Positions 11,496-20,519 of a DNA stretch of 64,000 nt are shown in pieces. Positions within the stretch are counted from its first letter, which is position 1. Every line of letters begins with the position of its first letter. The notes below the pieces were generated by a model. It had not been told where the DNA came from. It searched no databases and saw only the letters and a list, made by a program, of their open reading frames with translations. The DNA is taken from the NCBI GenBank assembly GCA_963714975.1, contig CAVQQD010000002.1:256001-320000 (forward strand). The letters are read 5' to 3'. Source of the stretch: an uncultured Gammaproteobacteria bacterium. Its GTDB lineage: Bacteria; Pseudomonadota; Gammaproteobacteria; JAURND01. The translations under genes and the position numbers were made by a program.

Positions 11496-11715
11496 CCACC
11501 TCCTCTTGTCCTGCATACCAGCCACTAAAAAACCCACAGCAAATCTCAACCTGATGCCAGCAACACCGCTGTGACATTCGAGGAAAATCTTTCGGCAAGG
11601 ATTTGTTGCTCCAGGCGCAAAATATCCGCCCAACGCAATGTAGGTGAAAAAAAATGAGTGGCATACAGAAAAGAGTTTTACGCAAACGCGCAATCGAGTA
11701 AGCTGTATTTGACAC
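11488..11715 (-). CDS. Small Cys/aromatic-rich protein, paralog of 62842-63066 (candidate type I toxin or leader peptide)
   Basis: GTG start after SD gaggt; 26 of 74 positions identical to the 62842 ORF without gaps; both stop at TAG followed by CAGAGGA. Confidence 0.7.
   Translation of the reverse strand: MSNTAYSIARLRKTLFCMPLIFFHLHCVGRIFCAWSNKSLPKDFPRMSQRCCWHQVEICCGFFSGWYAGQEEVGW
11676..11704 (+). promoter_or_regulatory. Antisense sigma70-like promoter inside the small ORF
   Basis: TTTTAC-N17-TAAGCT; conserved in copy 2 as TTCTAC-N17-TAAGCT. Confidence 0.6.
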
Positions 11716-11806
11716 GGCGGACCTCTTGGTTAGGTTCGTTGCTGTAAGTGCCTCAAGAATGGTTTCGACATTCTTTTGGCGCGGCCGTGGGCATTGCCCA
11801 CGGTTA
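11711..11806 (+). ncRNA. Predicted cis-antisense RNA, copy 1
   Basis: Follows the antisense promoter; hairpins GTGCC..AAGAATG-gtttcga-CATTCTT..GGCGC and GGCCGTGGGC-att-GCCCACGGTT use G-U pairs on this strand; ends approximate. Confidence 0.55.
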
Positions 11807-11812
11807 CCGAGT

Positions 11813-11840
11813 ATTATTCATGGTTTTTTGCGAAAAGCAA
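11813..11840 (-). promoter_or_regulatory. Sense promoter of cassette copy 1
   Basis: TTGCTT-N16-AATAAT(act), matching TTGCAT-N17-AATAAT(act) at 62710. Confidence 0.55.
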
Positions 11841-11850
11841 ACTTTTTATT

Positions 11851-11970
11851 AAGGCAGGTGATAAGGTGTTCGTGGACTATGCTGGGCCAGGAGTTGAATC
11901 ATTGACCCACAAGCGGGTGAAGTGCGTAAGGCGCAGATTTTTGTTGGTGTGCTGGGCGCATCCAATTATA
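11851..11970 (+). pseudogene. IS21-family istA transposase fragment
   Basis: Frameshifted KAGDKVFVDYAG...IDPQAGEVRKAQIFVGVLGASNY. Confidence 0.75.
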
Positions 11971-12130
11971 AATATACTCTTCATTATTGCAGGATCGTGA
12001 ACACTTTGAGACAATTTTCTGCTCTCAAAAAACATGCCTGATTAGCACTGTTCACGTTCGCAATAATACACAACTATTAAATATTCAATATATCGGTGTC
12101 AATTGTTTAATCAAAAAGAGGATAATAATA

Positions 12131-13015
12131 ATGATCGAACAAAAATTAGTGAAATTAAAATCAATAGGAGACTCAGATCAGGGGATCATCAAATTCTGGA
12201 GACAATATAAGCAACTAGAACTTGATGATTGCGCCTCGGAGATAATAATAAGGTTCGTTAAAAAAATGCCTGAATTTCGGAAATTAATTTTGTCTGATCA
12301 TTTCTCCATTGAAGAATTGTCAAAAATTTCAATAGCCATGCTAAAGCCAAAACGAGCTTTGGAGTTTCGTTCAACGGATGAAAAGAAAATACTAGCAGTT
12401 GCGAATGCACTGGGTGTGGGAAATCATCTGATACTTCCGATGGTTTTTGATAGTGAATTAATGCGTAAAAAGGAGCAGAGAACCCCACCACTATTTGAGG
12501 ATTCTCAAGGTAATACGTTTGCAATTATTTTTCCAGAAAAAAAATGGACGATACAAATTAATAAGATTCCACAGTCATCCCTTAGCGAAAACCTCATTGA
12601 TCCGAATATTTTAGAACAGGTTGAAAATTTGCATAAACAGTTAAAAAAATTGAAAGAGTCTAAGTCTGCAAATTTTAACGATGGATTTAAAACCTTTGAG
12701 GAGTTATATACTTTGTGGTGTGATATCGACACAAGAGGCTGTGAGGAGACTGCAATTGCTAGGATAAAGCTTCTTAGCGAGAGATATCCAACGATATCTA
12801 AATCTTTAAATCCAAAAGAAAAATTGCTGGAATTATTTAAGTGCGCATGTTTAAAGTATAATAAGACAGCTCCTAATTTTATTGAGGAAAACACAAGACT
12901 AGAGTTAAATAAAAAAGAAACCCAGCAAGAAAAGTTGAATGAGCCGAAAAACGATGAGCCATCTGAAAATTCAGAAATTTCAAGTTTAAGAGTTCTCAGT
13001 GTCACTATAGTATAA
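12131..13015 (+). CDS. Hypothetical protein (effector candidate; acidic tail ending in TIV)
   Basis: SD gagga before ATG 12131; AT-rich; no recognised domain. Confidence 0.7.
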   Translation: MIEQKLVKLKSIGDSDQGIIKFWRQYKQLELDDCASEIIIRFVKKMPEFRKLILSDHFSIEELSKISIAMLKPKRALEFRSTDEKKILAVANALGVGNHLILPMVFDSELMRKKEQRTPPLFEDSQGNTFAIIFPEKKWTIQINKIPQSSLSENLIDPNILEQVENLHKQLKKLKESKSANFNDGFKTFEELYTLWCDIDTRGCEETAIARIKLLSERYPTISKSLNPKEKLLELFKCACLKYNKTAPNFIEENTRLELNKKETQQEKLNEPKNDEPSENSEISSLRVLSVTIV

Positions 13016-13097
13016 TATTCTCTAATTTTTAGACTACTGGACTACGTTAATTATGTGGGCCAACATGTTCAACAATATTTTTTATCGGAGAGTTTTC

Positions 13098-14042
13098 ATG
13101 AAATTAATAGATTTGCAAAGGCAATATGATCAAGAGGCATATGATAATGAATCTGTTACAGACGCAGATTTTGCCAGTCCTCTAATCGCTGATTTGATAA
13201 AAAATTTTCCAATAAGTAGTAATCTAGAAATTAATAATGAAGTAGAAAAATTAATTGATAATGCCAGTCACGACCTGTACTTAAAAATTAATCTAAGAGA
13301 CATGATATCCCAAACTGGAACTTGCGCAAATACAAGTGAGTATTATTGGGCTTATCAAAATTTAGTATCCAATTTAAAAAAATGCGGTTTTCTTGTGCCA
13401 AGAGTTCAAGTGAAATTATCTATAGCAGAGCATAAAAATGCAATTAAAATGGTATTTCCTACGATGGAAACGTTATATTACGCCATAAGATACCTGGGCG
13501 GTGACAATTCAAAGTTCAGTGATGTGCAAATAGCAGGATTAAAGAGATTATCAAGTTCTATATTCAATAATAATCCTACGCATAAATGTTTAATGATTGA
13601 GCACAAGTCAACAAAGTCTGGCAAAGTAGAGATTGATAATAAAAGCAAAACTTTGTCTATACCCGCGTATGTAAAAGAGGACAATATATATATTGTATTT
13701 CCAGAAAATAATGGCCTAGAAAGATTTAAAACCTTATTCCAACTAGAAAATCAAGAATTACACATAAAATCTGAAAAATTAGAATTTAAACATTCAGCAT
13801 TATTACGCGTGGCACATAGAGAGTGGGCGAATAGATCTGGTTATTCACTGCCAATTCCTATACAACAACCAAAGTGTGCAAGAACAGAAAGTATTTGTTT
13901 TTTCTTTCAGTTTGATGTGGAGTCTTTCCCAGAAGCACTGGTTCTATTAATTGCTGAATATGAGAACCATGAATGTGCTGAATTTAGCGTTGATTGTGGT
14001 CAATATAGAGAGCCAAGTTCGCAGCAGTGTATAATTCTTTGA
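13098..14042 (+). CDS. Hypothetical effector candidate with C-terminal CaaX (CIIL)
   Basis: SD ggag; ends ...FPEALVLLIAEY...SSQQCIIL*. Confidence 0.7.
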   Translation: MKLIDLQRQYDQEAYDNESVTDADFASPLIADLIKNFPISSNLEINNEVEKLIDNASHDLYLKINLRDMISQTGTCANTSEYYWAYQNLVSNLKKCGFLVPRVQVKLSIAEHKNAIKMVFPTMETLYYAIRYLGGDNSKFSDVQIAGLKRLSSSIFNNNPTHKCLMIEHKSTKSGKVEIDNKSKTLSIPAYVKEDNIYIVFPENNGLERFKTLFQLENQELHIKSEKLEFKHSALLRVAHREWANRSGYSLPIPIQQPKCARTESICFFFQFDVESFPEALVLLIAEYENHECAEFSVDCGQYREPSSQQCIIL

Positions 14043-14146
14043 CATCCTTGTATCTTAATTCCCAATCACTCCATGTGATTCAGCACTTGCGTTGATGGCT
14101 TTATATATAATAGTATATTTGTCTTTGCGAATATATGCGATAACGT

Positions 14147-14354
14147 ATGAAAATAAGTATCTTGCAACAACTAAAGGCCGCTCGTCTCGCGATGAGAATA
14201 AATCAATCCGAGCTTGGAAAGAAGCTGGGCATGCCGCAAAGTCATATCTCGAAAATAGAACAAGGCGTCACCGACCCACGGCTTTCTACCGTTGCTGATA
14301 TGGCGCGTGTTCTGGATCAGGAGTTGATGCTGGTTCCTCGCCAATTGCTGCCCT
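14147..14354 (+). pseudogene. HipB-like XRE HTH antitoxin, 3' truncated
   Basis: NQSELGKKLGMPQSHISKIEQG helix-turn-helix; joins a hipA fragment. Confidence 0.75.
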
Positions 14355-14731
14355 CGCCGTCTAACTTTCACCATTCTAATTGGCAATGGTGATATGCATC
14401 TTAAAATTGGTCTTTCATCTACAGGGATGGGCGTACACCAGCGCTTGCGCCTGCTTACGATTTGGTTTCCACGATCCCTTATATCTCAACCGATGGTTTA
14501 GCGCTTACTTTGGGTGATACTAAGGATATGAGAAATGTTGCATTGGTGCACTTCACAAAGCTTGTGAAGAAAGCGCAAGTGCCAGAGCATCTGGTACTAC
14601 AAACTGTGCGTGATACGGTAAATGCCACCTTCACTGCTTGGAATGCATCCTACAAAAATTACGGATTGCCTACCGACATTTTTGAGCATATTCAGAGGCA
14701 TATGAATTCGCTAGCACTTAGGAAAGTGTAA
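14355..14731 (+). pseudogene. hipA: HipA kinase toxin C-terminal remnant
   Basis: RRLTFTILIGNGDMHLK(fs)WSFIYRDGRTPALAPAYDLVST. Confidence 0.82.
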
Positions 14732-14771
14732 TGCTTTAGAGAAAGCTCAAGATATAAAAATCTTTTCATTT

Positions 14772-14791
14772 GTTAATATTTTCTTAATGTG
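14772..14791 (+). promoter_or_regulatory. PmrA-type box
   Basis: GTTAATATT-tt-CTTAATGTG; weak -10. Confidence 0.5.
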
Positions 14792-14892
14792 CTAGCCTTT
14801 ACCACGAAGAATAATAAGTTGTCCGTACGTTAGGAAGACAAGTATTTGTGGTGAGGGAGAACAGATTAAAACACTCTAAACGTGCTAACCTC

Positions 14893-15690
14893 ATGAAAAA
14901 ATATTCTAACCCCCAGGCACAGCCAGAAAAGGTTGCGCCAAAAGTTGCCTCCTCTAGTCCTTTTAATGTCCTTTTGGTTGAAGATAATGTGATGGCGCAA
15001 AAAGTCGCACAATCCATGCTTGGTAATTTAGGTTACCAAGTGGTAGTGGCAGATTGTGGCGCTGCAGCATTAGAATTATTTGAGCCAGGAAAATATGCTC
15101 TGGTCTTTATGGACATTGGGTTACCCGATTTTTCTGGCTATCTAGTGACCAAGCATATACGCGTTATTGAGCAAGATATCGATCCAGAACAGCGTGTGCC
15201 AATTGTTGCGTTGTCCGCTCATGTTGACAATGTGGATGAATGTATTGAAGCAGGCATGGATGCAGTGCTGCATAAGCCGTTGTCTGTAGAAAAGGCACTG
15301 ACTATGCTTAGGCGCTATGTTCACCAGCGTGGAGGGCAAGTACCCGATGCAGTGCTTGCTCCAGAAAATGGCTGCCCCATGGAAGATCTACCTATTATTG
15401 AGGACAATGCGGAACAAGAACTGCTGAGTCTACTGGCGGCTTCACTACCCAAGTTTCGTCAAGACTTGCAGCATGCTTTTGCCAAAAGGGATCGCGAGTC
15501 CTTAATGCAGTTGGCACATGCGATGTATGGTGGTCTTTGCTATACGGGCACTCCTCAGTTGCGAGAGGTGGTACGATCTCTTGATGCCGCTTTAAAAAAA
15601 GCCAAATTTGCTATCCAAGTGGGTGATCATTACCATGCCACGTTACGGGCATTAGAGGCCTTTGAGGGTTCGTACAAAGCTATGTTATGA
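14893..15690 (+). CDS. Response regulator receiver plus HPt-like domain
   Basis: VLLVEDN, FMDIGLPD, ALSAH, KPL; C-terminal LAHAMYGGLCYTG. Confidence 0.87.
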   Translation: MKKYSNPQAQPEKVAPKVASSSPFNVLLVEDNVMAQKVAQSMLGNLGYQVVVADCGAAALELFEPGKYALVFMDIGLPDFSGYLVTKHIRVIEQDIDPEQRVPIVALSAHVDNVDECIEAGMDAVLHKPLSVEKALTMLRRYVHQRGGQVPDAVLAPENGCPMEDLPIIEDNAEQELLSLLAASLPKFRQDLQHAFAKRDRESLMQLAHAMYGGLCYTGTPQLREVVRSLDAALKKAKFAIQVGDHYHATLRALEAFEGSYKAML

Positions 15691-15729
15691 TACCTGCCCC
15701 TTTAACATGACAATTTGATGGAGAAAAAA

Positions 15730-16392
15730 ATGGACTGGAAAGTAATTGATGCGGCCATTCAAAATAAATCCTTGCTAAGACATGATTTTTATCAGGCTTG
15801 GTCGCAAGGGGATTTGACCCTTGATGATCTTAAGTTCTATGCCTGCCAGTATTATTCTCTAGAGAACACGATTCCTTGTCTTATCAGTCGAACTCACTCT
15901 CTGCTTTGGGACAAACCAGAAGTGCGAAAGCCCCTGTTAGAGAATTTGGTTGATGAGGAGCTGGGTGAGCCAAATCATCGTGGGCTATGGCTTAATTTTG
16001 GTGAGGGCCTAGGGCTGACCCGGGCAGACATGATGCAAGCCCCGTTACATCCCTTAACTCGTGCCTGTATTGATTCCTTATTGCAATTGGTTGCCACAGA
16101 CCCGGTGGAAGGCCTAAGTGCTCTTTATGCTTATGAATCCCAATTGCCTGAAATCAGCAAAGCTAAGATTGCGGGTTTAAAACAGCATTATGGCATTGAA
16201 GAGCCAGAAACCCTGCGCTTCTTTGAGGTGCATAAAGAGCTTGATGTGTGGCACGCCGAGCAAGAAAAAACCATGCTTGAAAGCTTAGGGGCGACCGAAT
16301 CCAAGGTGTTGGCTTCGGCTGAGGCAAGCTGCGATGCCCTCTGGGGATTTTTAGATGGTGTTGATCAATCAACGCGGCAGATGAGGGTCTAG
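15730..16392 (+). CDS. CADD-family (PqqC/heme-oxygenase-like dimetal) protein, putative pABA synthase
   Basis: LLRHDFYQAWSQGDL, NLVDEE..NH, LYAYESQ, KAK, H..LD..H match the Chlamydia CADD layout. Confidence 0.85.
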   Translation: MDWKVIDAAIQNKSLLRHDFYQAWSQGDLTLDDLKFYACQYYSLENTIPCLISRTHSLLWDKPEVRKPLLENLVDEELGEPNHRGLWLNFGEGLGLTRADMMQAPLHPLTRACIDSLLQLVATDPVEGLSALYAYESQLPEISKAKIAGLKQHYGIEEPETLRFFEVHKELDVWHAEQEKTMLESLGATESKVLASAEASCDALWGFLDGVDQSTRQMRV

Positions 16393-16409
16393 AAAATCCT
16401 TTTTTCCCT

Positions 16410-16581
16410 TAAGGTGTCATCCCGAGTAAGGTGTCATCCCGAGTAAGGTGTCATCCCGAACGAAGTGAGGGATCTCATGAATGTGGCAAAGAATATGGAG
16501 ATCCCTCGCTGCGCTCGGGATGACACCTTACTCGGGATGACACCTTACTCGGGATGACACCTTACTCGGGATGACACCTTA
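16410..16581. repeat. Inverted REP pair with 17-bp tandem expansions in both arms
   Basis: (TAAGGTGTCATCCCGAG)x2 plus core on the left arm; core plus (CTCGGGATGACACCTTA)x3 on the right arm. Confidence 0.92.
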
Positions 16582-16608
16582 GGGGAGAGGGGATATTTGC
16601 GGAGAAGC

Positions 16609-16638
16609 TTGACTTAAATAGCACTAATTTGGTACTAT
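16609..16638 (+). promoter_or_regulatory. suf promoter with overlapping palindromic Rrf2 operator
   Basis: TTGACT-N18-TACTAT; palindrome ATAGCACTAATTTGGTACTAT at 16618-16638. Confidence 0.65.
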
Positions 16639-16670
16639 ATTGCATAAATTAATTATTTTGAGATTTCTTT

Positions 16671-17123
16671 ATGTTGCGAATTAGTAAGTTAGCAGATTAT
16701 GCTACAGTCATTATGCATTGTTTAATGGCTGATGAATCCCAGGTCCTCAGTGCTAATCAAGTAGCGCAGCGTGTTTCTCTCTCTGCGCACACAGTTAGTA
16801 AAATCCTCAAGATACTCTTGGAAGCTGGGTTGGTGGCCTCTGTTCGTGGGGCAGGGGGAGGTTATCGGTTGGCCAAACCAGCTCAAGCTATTACCGTGGC
16901 GGCAGTGATTACTGCAATTGAGGGAGAAGTGGCTTTTACTGAATGTTCACAGTCAGCACAAATATGTCGGCATGAAAGTACTTGCACAATTAAGCATAAT
17001 TGGCAGACTATTAACCGTTTTTTAATTGATACCTTGGAAAGTGTGAGCCTAGCAGATATGGCCCAGCCATTAGCTTTAATGAGAAAAAATGCCAATGCAG
17101 CAAGAACGTCATTATTTAGATAA
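16671..17123 (+). CDS. SUF system Rrf2-family regulator
   Basis: [22 protein letters not shown], three Cys; first gene of the suf operon. Confidence 0.92.
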   Translation: MLRISKLADYATVIMHCLMADESQVLSANQVAQRVSLSAHTVSKILKILLEAGLVASVRGAGGGYRLAKPAQAITVAAVITAIEGEVAFTECSQSAQICRHESTCTIKHNWQTINRFLIDTLESVSLADMAQPLALMRKNANAARTSLFR

Positions 17124-18546
17124 TCTAGTCAATAAAACCTATCAACATGGTTTTGTTACAGAAATTGAGTCTGATACCTTAGCTCCTGGGTTAAATGAGG
17201 ATACTATTCGCTTAATTTCTGCCAAAAAAAATGAACCCGAATTTATGCTGGAATGGCGGCTACGAGCCTATCATCATTGGTTAACCATGACACCGCCACA
17301 ATGGGCGCATTTGCATTATCCGCCCATCGATTATCAAAGCATTATTTATTATTCGGCGCCAAAATCTACTAAAAATGCCCCTAAAAGTTTAGATGAAGTC
17401 GATCCTGCAATTTTGGAAACTTATAAAAAATTAGGTATTCCTTTGCATGAGCAGGGGCGTTTAGCCGGCGTTGCCGTCGATGCGGTTTTTGATAGTGTTT
17501 CTGTGGCTACCACTTTTAAAGAAAAATTAGCTGAAGCAGGAGTGATTTTTTGTCCTTTTTCAGAAGCGGTACAAAAATATCCTGACTTAGTGAAACAATA
17601 TTTAGGACAGTGTGGTGCCCTATCGTGATAATTTTTTTGCAGCCTTAAATTCAGCAGTATTTAGTGATGGCTCTTTTGTTTATATTCCCAAAGGCGTGCG
17701 TTGCCCGATGGAGCTTATCCACTTATTTTCGAATCAATGCTGCCAACACCGGCCAATTTGAGCGCACTTTGATTATTGCTGATGAAGGCAGTTATGTTAG
17801 TTATTTAGAAGGTTGCACTGCGCCGATGCGTGATGAAAATCAATTGCATGCCGCCGTGGTGGAATTAGTGGCCTTGGAAGGTGCACAAATTAAATATTCC
17901 ACCGTGCAAAATTGGTATCCAGGCGATAAAGAAGGCAAAGGCGGTATTTATAATTTTGTGACTAAACGCGGGGCTTGCCGTGGCGCACATTCTAAAATTT
18001 CTTGGACACAAATTGAAACGGGTTCTGCCATTACTTGGAAATATCCAAGTGTTATTTTGCAAGGTGATAATTCCGTCGGTGAATTTTATTCAGTGGCATT
18101 AACCAATCATTATCAGCAAGCAGATACTGGCACTAAAATGATTCATATTGGCAAAAATACCCGCAGCACGATTATTTCCAAAGGCATTTCTGCGGGCTAT
18201 GGTCAAAATACTTATCGTGGTTTAGTGCGGGTGAAGCCTGCAGCCGAATGCCGCAAGAAATTATACCCAATGTGATTCTTTATTATTAGGAGATCGTTGC
18301 GGCGCACATACTTTTCCTTATATCGAAGTAAAAAATAACACGGCGCAAGTCGAACATGAAGCGACAACGTCTAAAATTGGTGAAGATCAATTATTTTATT
18401 GTCAACAACGCGGCATTCGTCCAGAAGATGCGGTATCGATGATTGTGAATGGTTTTTGTAAACAAGTATTTAAAGAATTACCGATGGAATTTGCAGTGGA
18501 AGCACAAAAATTATTGGAAGTGAGTTTAGAAGGCAGTGTGGGGTAA
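17089..18546 (+). CDS. sufB: SufB; three frameshifts as assembled
   Basis: [47 protein letters not shown]-terminal SLEGSVG*. Confidence 0.95.
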
Positions 18547-18551
18547 GTACG

Positions 18552-19292
18552 ATGTTAACAATCAATAATTTACAAGTAAAAGTTGCAGAAGGTAAAACAA
18601 TTTTGCATGGCATTAATTTGCAGGTTAATCCTGGGGAAGTCCATGCCATTATGGGACCCAATGGTTCAGGTAAAAGTACCTTGCCAATGTCTTAGCGGGA
18701 CGTGAGGATTACGAAGTGACTGGCGGAGACATCAGTTTTTAGGCCAAGACTTGTTCAGTTTATCTCCAGAAGAGCGCGCCATTCGCGGGTTATTTTTAGC
18801 TTTTCAATATCCCGTAGAAATTCCTGGCGTGAATAATATGTATTTTTTAAGAATGGCCTTAAATAGCTTACGAAAGCAGCGTGGTGAACCCGAGTTGGAT
18901 GCGTTTGATTTTTTGTCTTTAGTGAAAGCTTATTAAAACTATTGGAAATGGATGAAAATTTCTTGCATCGTTCAGTAAATGAGGGTTTTTCTGGCGGCGA
19001 AAAAAAACGCAATGAAATTTTACAAATGTTAGTGTTGCAACCTAAGTTAGCAATACTGGATGAGACAGATTCTGGCTTGGATATCGATGCATTGCAAGTT
19101 GTCGCCAGGGGTGTCAACAGTATGCGCAGTCCTGAGCGTTCGATGATTGTCATTACTCATTATCAGCGTTTGCTGGAATTTATTACCCCAGATTACGTTC
19201 ATGTGATGCATGAGGGTCGTTTAGTGCATTCAGGAGGCAAAGAATTGGCTTTGGAATTGGAGCAGAAAGGTTATAGTTGGCTGGAAGGGTAA
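18552..19292 (+). CDS. sufC: SufC ABC ATPase; three frameshifts as assembled
   Basis: [45 protein letters not shown]. Confidence 0.95.
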
Positions 19293-19294
19293 AT

Positions 19295-20515
19295 ATGCAT
19301 CAAGTCATAAATGAATACGCGCAGTGGCGGCAGCAATCCCTAGAGTTATTTACTCGGGATGGGTTTCCTACGAAAAAGAACGAACATTGGAGATACACAG
19401 ATTTAAATTTTTTAGCAAAGAAAGTTTTTTTCTCGTCAGAAAGATTTAATGCAATAGGAAAAATAACCTATCCCACCTTAGAGCAAGCCTATCATCTGGT
19501 GTTTATTAATGGATTTTACAGTGAGGCTTTATCATCGACGATTGATTTAACCTCGGTAGCCGAAATTTTCACGGTACCCGAAGCATTTCGATTAAAAATC
19601 TTAGCTAACGAATATACCAATTTGGCGCCACCGACTGCTTGTGCACGAAATCGGTTGCTGCACTGGAATGCCGGGTCAATGACTGATGGGTTGGTGATTC
19701 GTATCCCACGAAATTGTGCACTCACTAAACCGATTCAGTTATTGTTTATCACCACTGGGAGCGTTGATACCTCATTGTATTATGCGCCGCGCAATATTTT
19801 CCTGTTAGAAGAGCATAGTCAGGCAGTTATTTTTGAAGAACATGTGGCATTAAATGCTGATAATTATGTTAAAAATAGTGTCATGCAAATTGATATTAAG
19901 CCAGGAGCAAAGTTACAGTATTATAAATTACAGCAAGAAGCACCCGCAGCGGTACATTTGGCTAACACCCAAATTAGCCAGGCTAAAGACAGCCATTTGT
20001 TGAGCTTTAGTATTTCTTTAGGCGCAGAGTTAGCCCGAGAAGATTTAACGGTTGCTTTAAACGAGCCAGGTGCAACTTGTGATCTCAAGGGATTGTATAT
20101 CACGGCAGGCAAGCAGCATGTTGATCATCATACTCGTATTGATCACTATGCGGCACATACCACTAGTGTTGAACAGTACAAAGGAATTTTATCGGGCGAA
20201 TCTACTGGCGTTTATAATGGTAAAGTGATTGTTCATCCTAAGGCACAAAAAATTTGTTCGCAACAAACCAATAAAAATTTATTGCTGAGCCCAAAAGCAC
20301 ACATTAATACCAAACCAGAATTAGAAATTTACGCCGATGATGTTCAGTGTACCCATGGTGCTACCGTGAGCTCAGTAGAGGCGGAATCCTTATTTTATTT
20401 GCGATCTCGCGGCTTAGATGCGGCAAGCGCTGAAGCGGTGCTAGTGCAAGCCTTTGCCGAAGAAATTTTAGCTCAAATGGCGCCAGAAATAAGGTCGAAG
20501 GTTATTATTAGGTAA
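19295..20515 (+). CDS. sufD: SufD
   Basis: EHWRYT, KPELEIYADDVQCTHGAT, FYLRSRG. Confidence 0.95.
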   Translation: MHQVINEYAQWRQQSLELFTRDGFPTKKNEHWRYTDLNFLAKKVFFSSERFNAIGKITYPTLEQAYHLVFINGFYSEALSSTIDLTSVAEIFTVPEAFRLKILANEYTNLAPPTACARNRLLHWNAGSMTDGLVIRIPRNCALTKPIQLLFITTGSVDTSLYYAPRNIFLLEEHSQAVIFEEHVALNADNYVKNSVMQIDIKPGAKLQYYKLQQEAPAAVHLANTQISQAKDSHLLSFSISLGAELAREDLTVALNEPGATCDLKGLYITAGKQHVDHHTRIDHYAAHTTSVEQYKGILSGESTGVYNGKVIVHPKAQKICSQQTNKNLLLSPKAHINTKPELEIYADDVQCTHGATVSSVEAESLFYLRSRGLDAASAEAVLVQAFAEEILAQMAPEIRSKVIIR

Positions 20516-20519
20516 TTTT

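Noticed and set aside
11472-11693. Alternative 73-aa frame in cassette copy 1
   Set aside because: The equivalent frame in copy 2 stops early (TAA near 62948) and lacks an SD
16410-16581. CRISPR array
   Set aside because: The 17-bp units are directly adjacent with no spacers, the arms are inverted, and there are no cas genes
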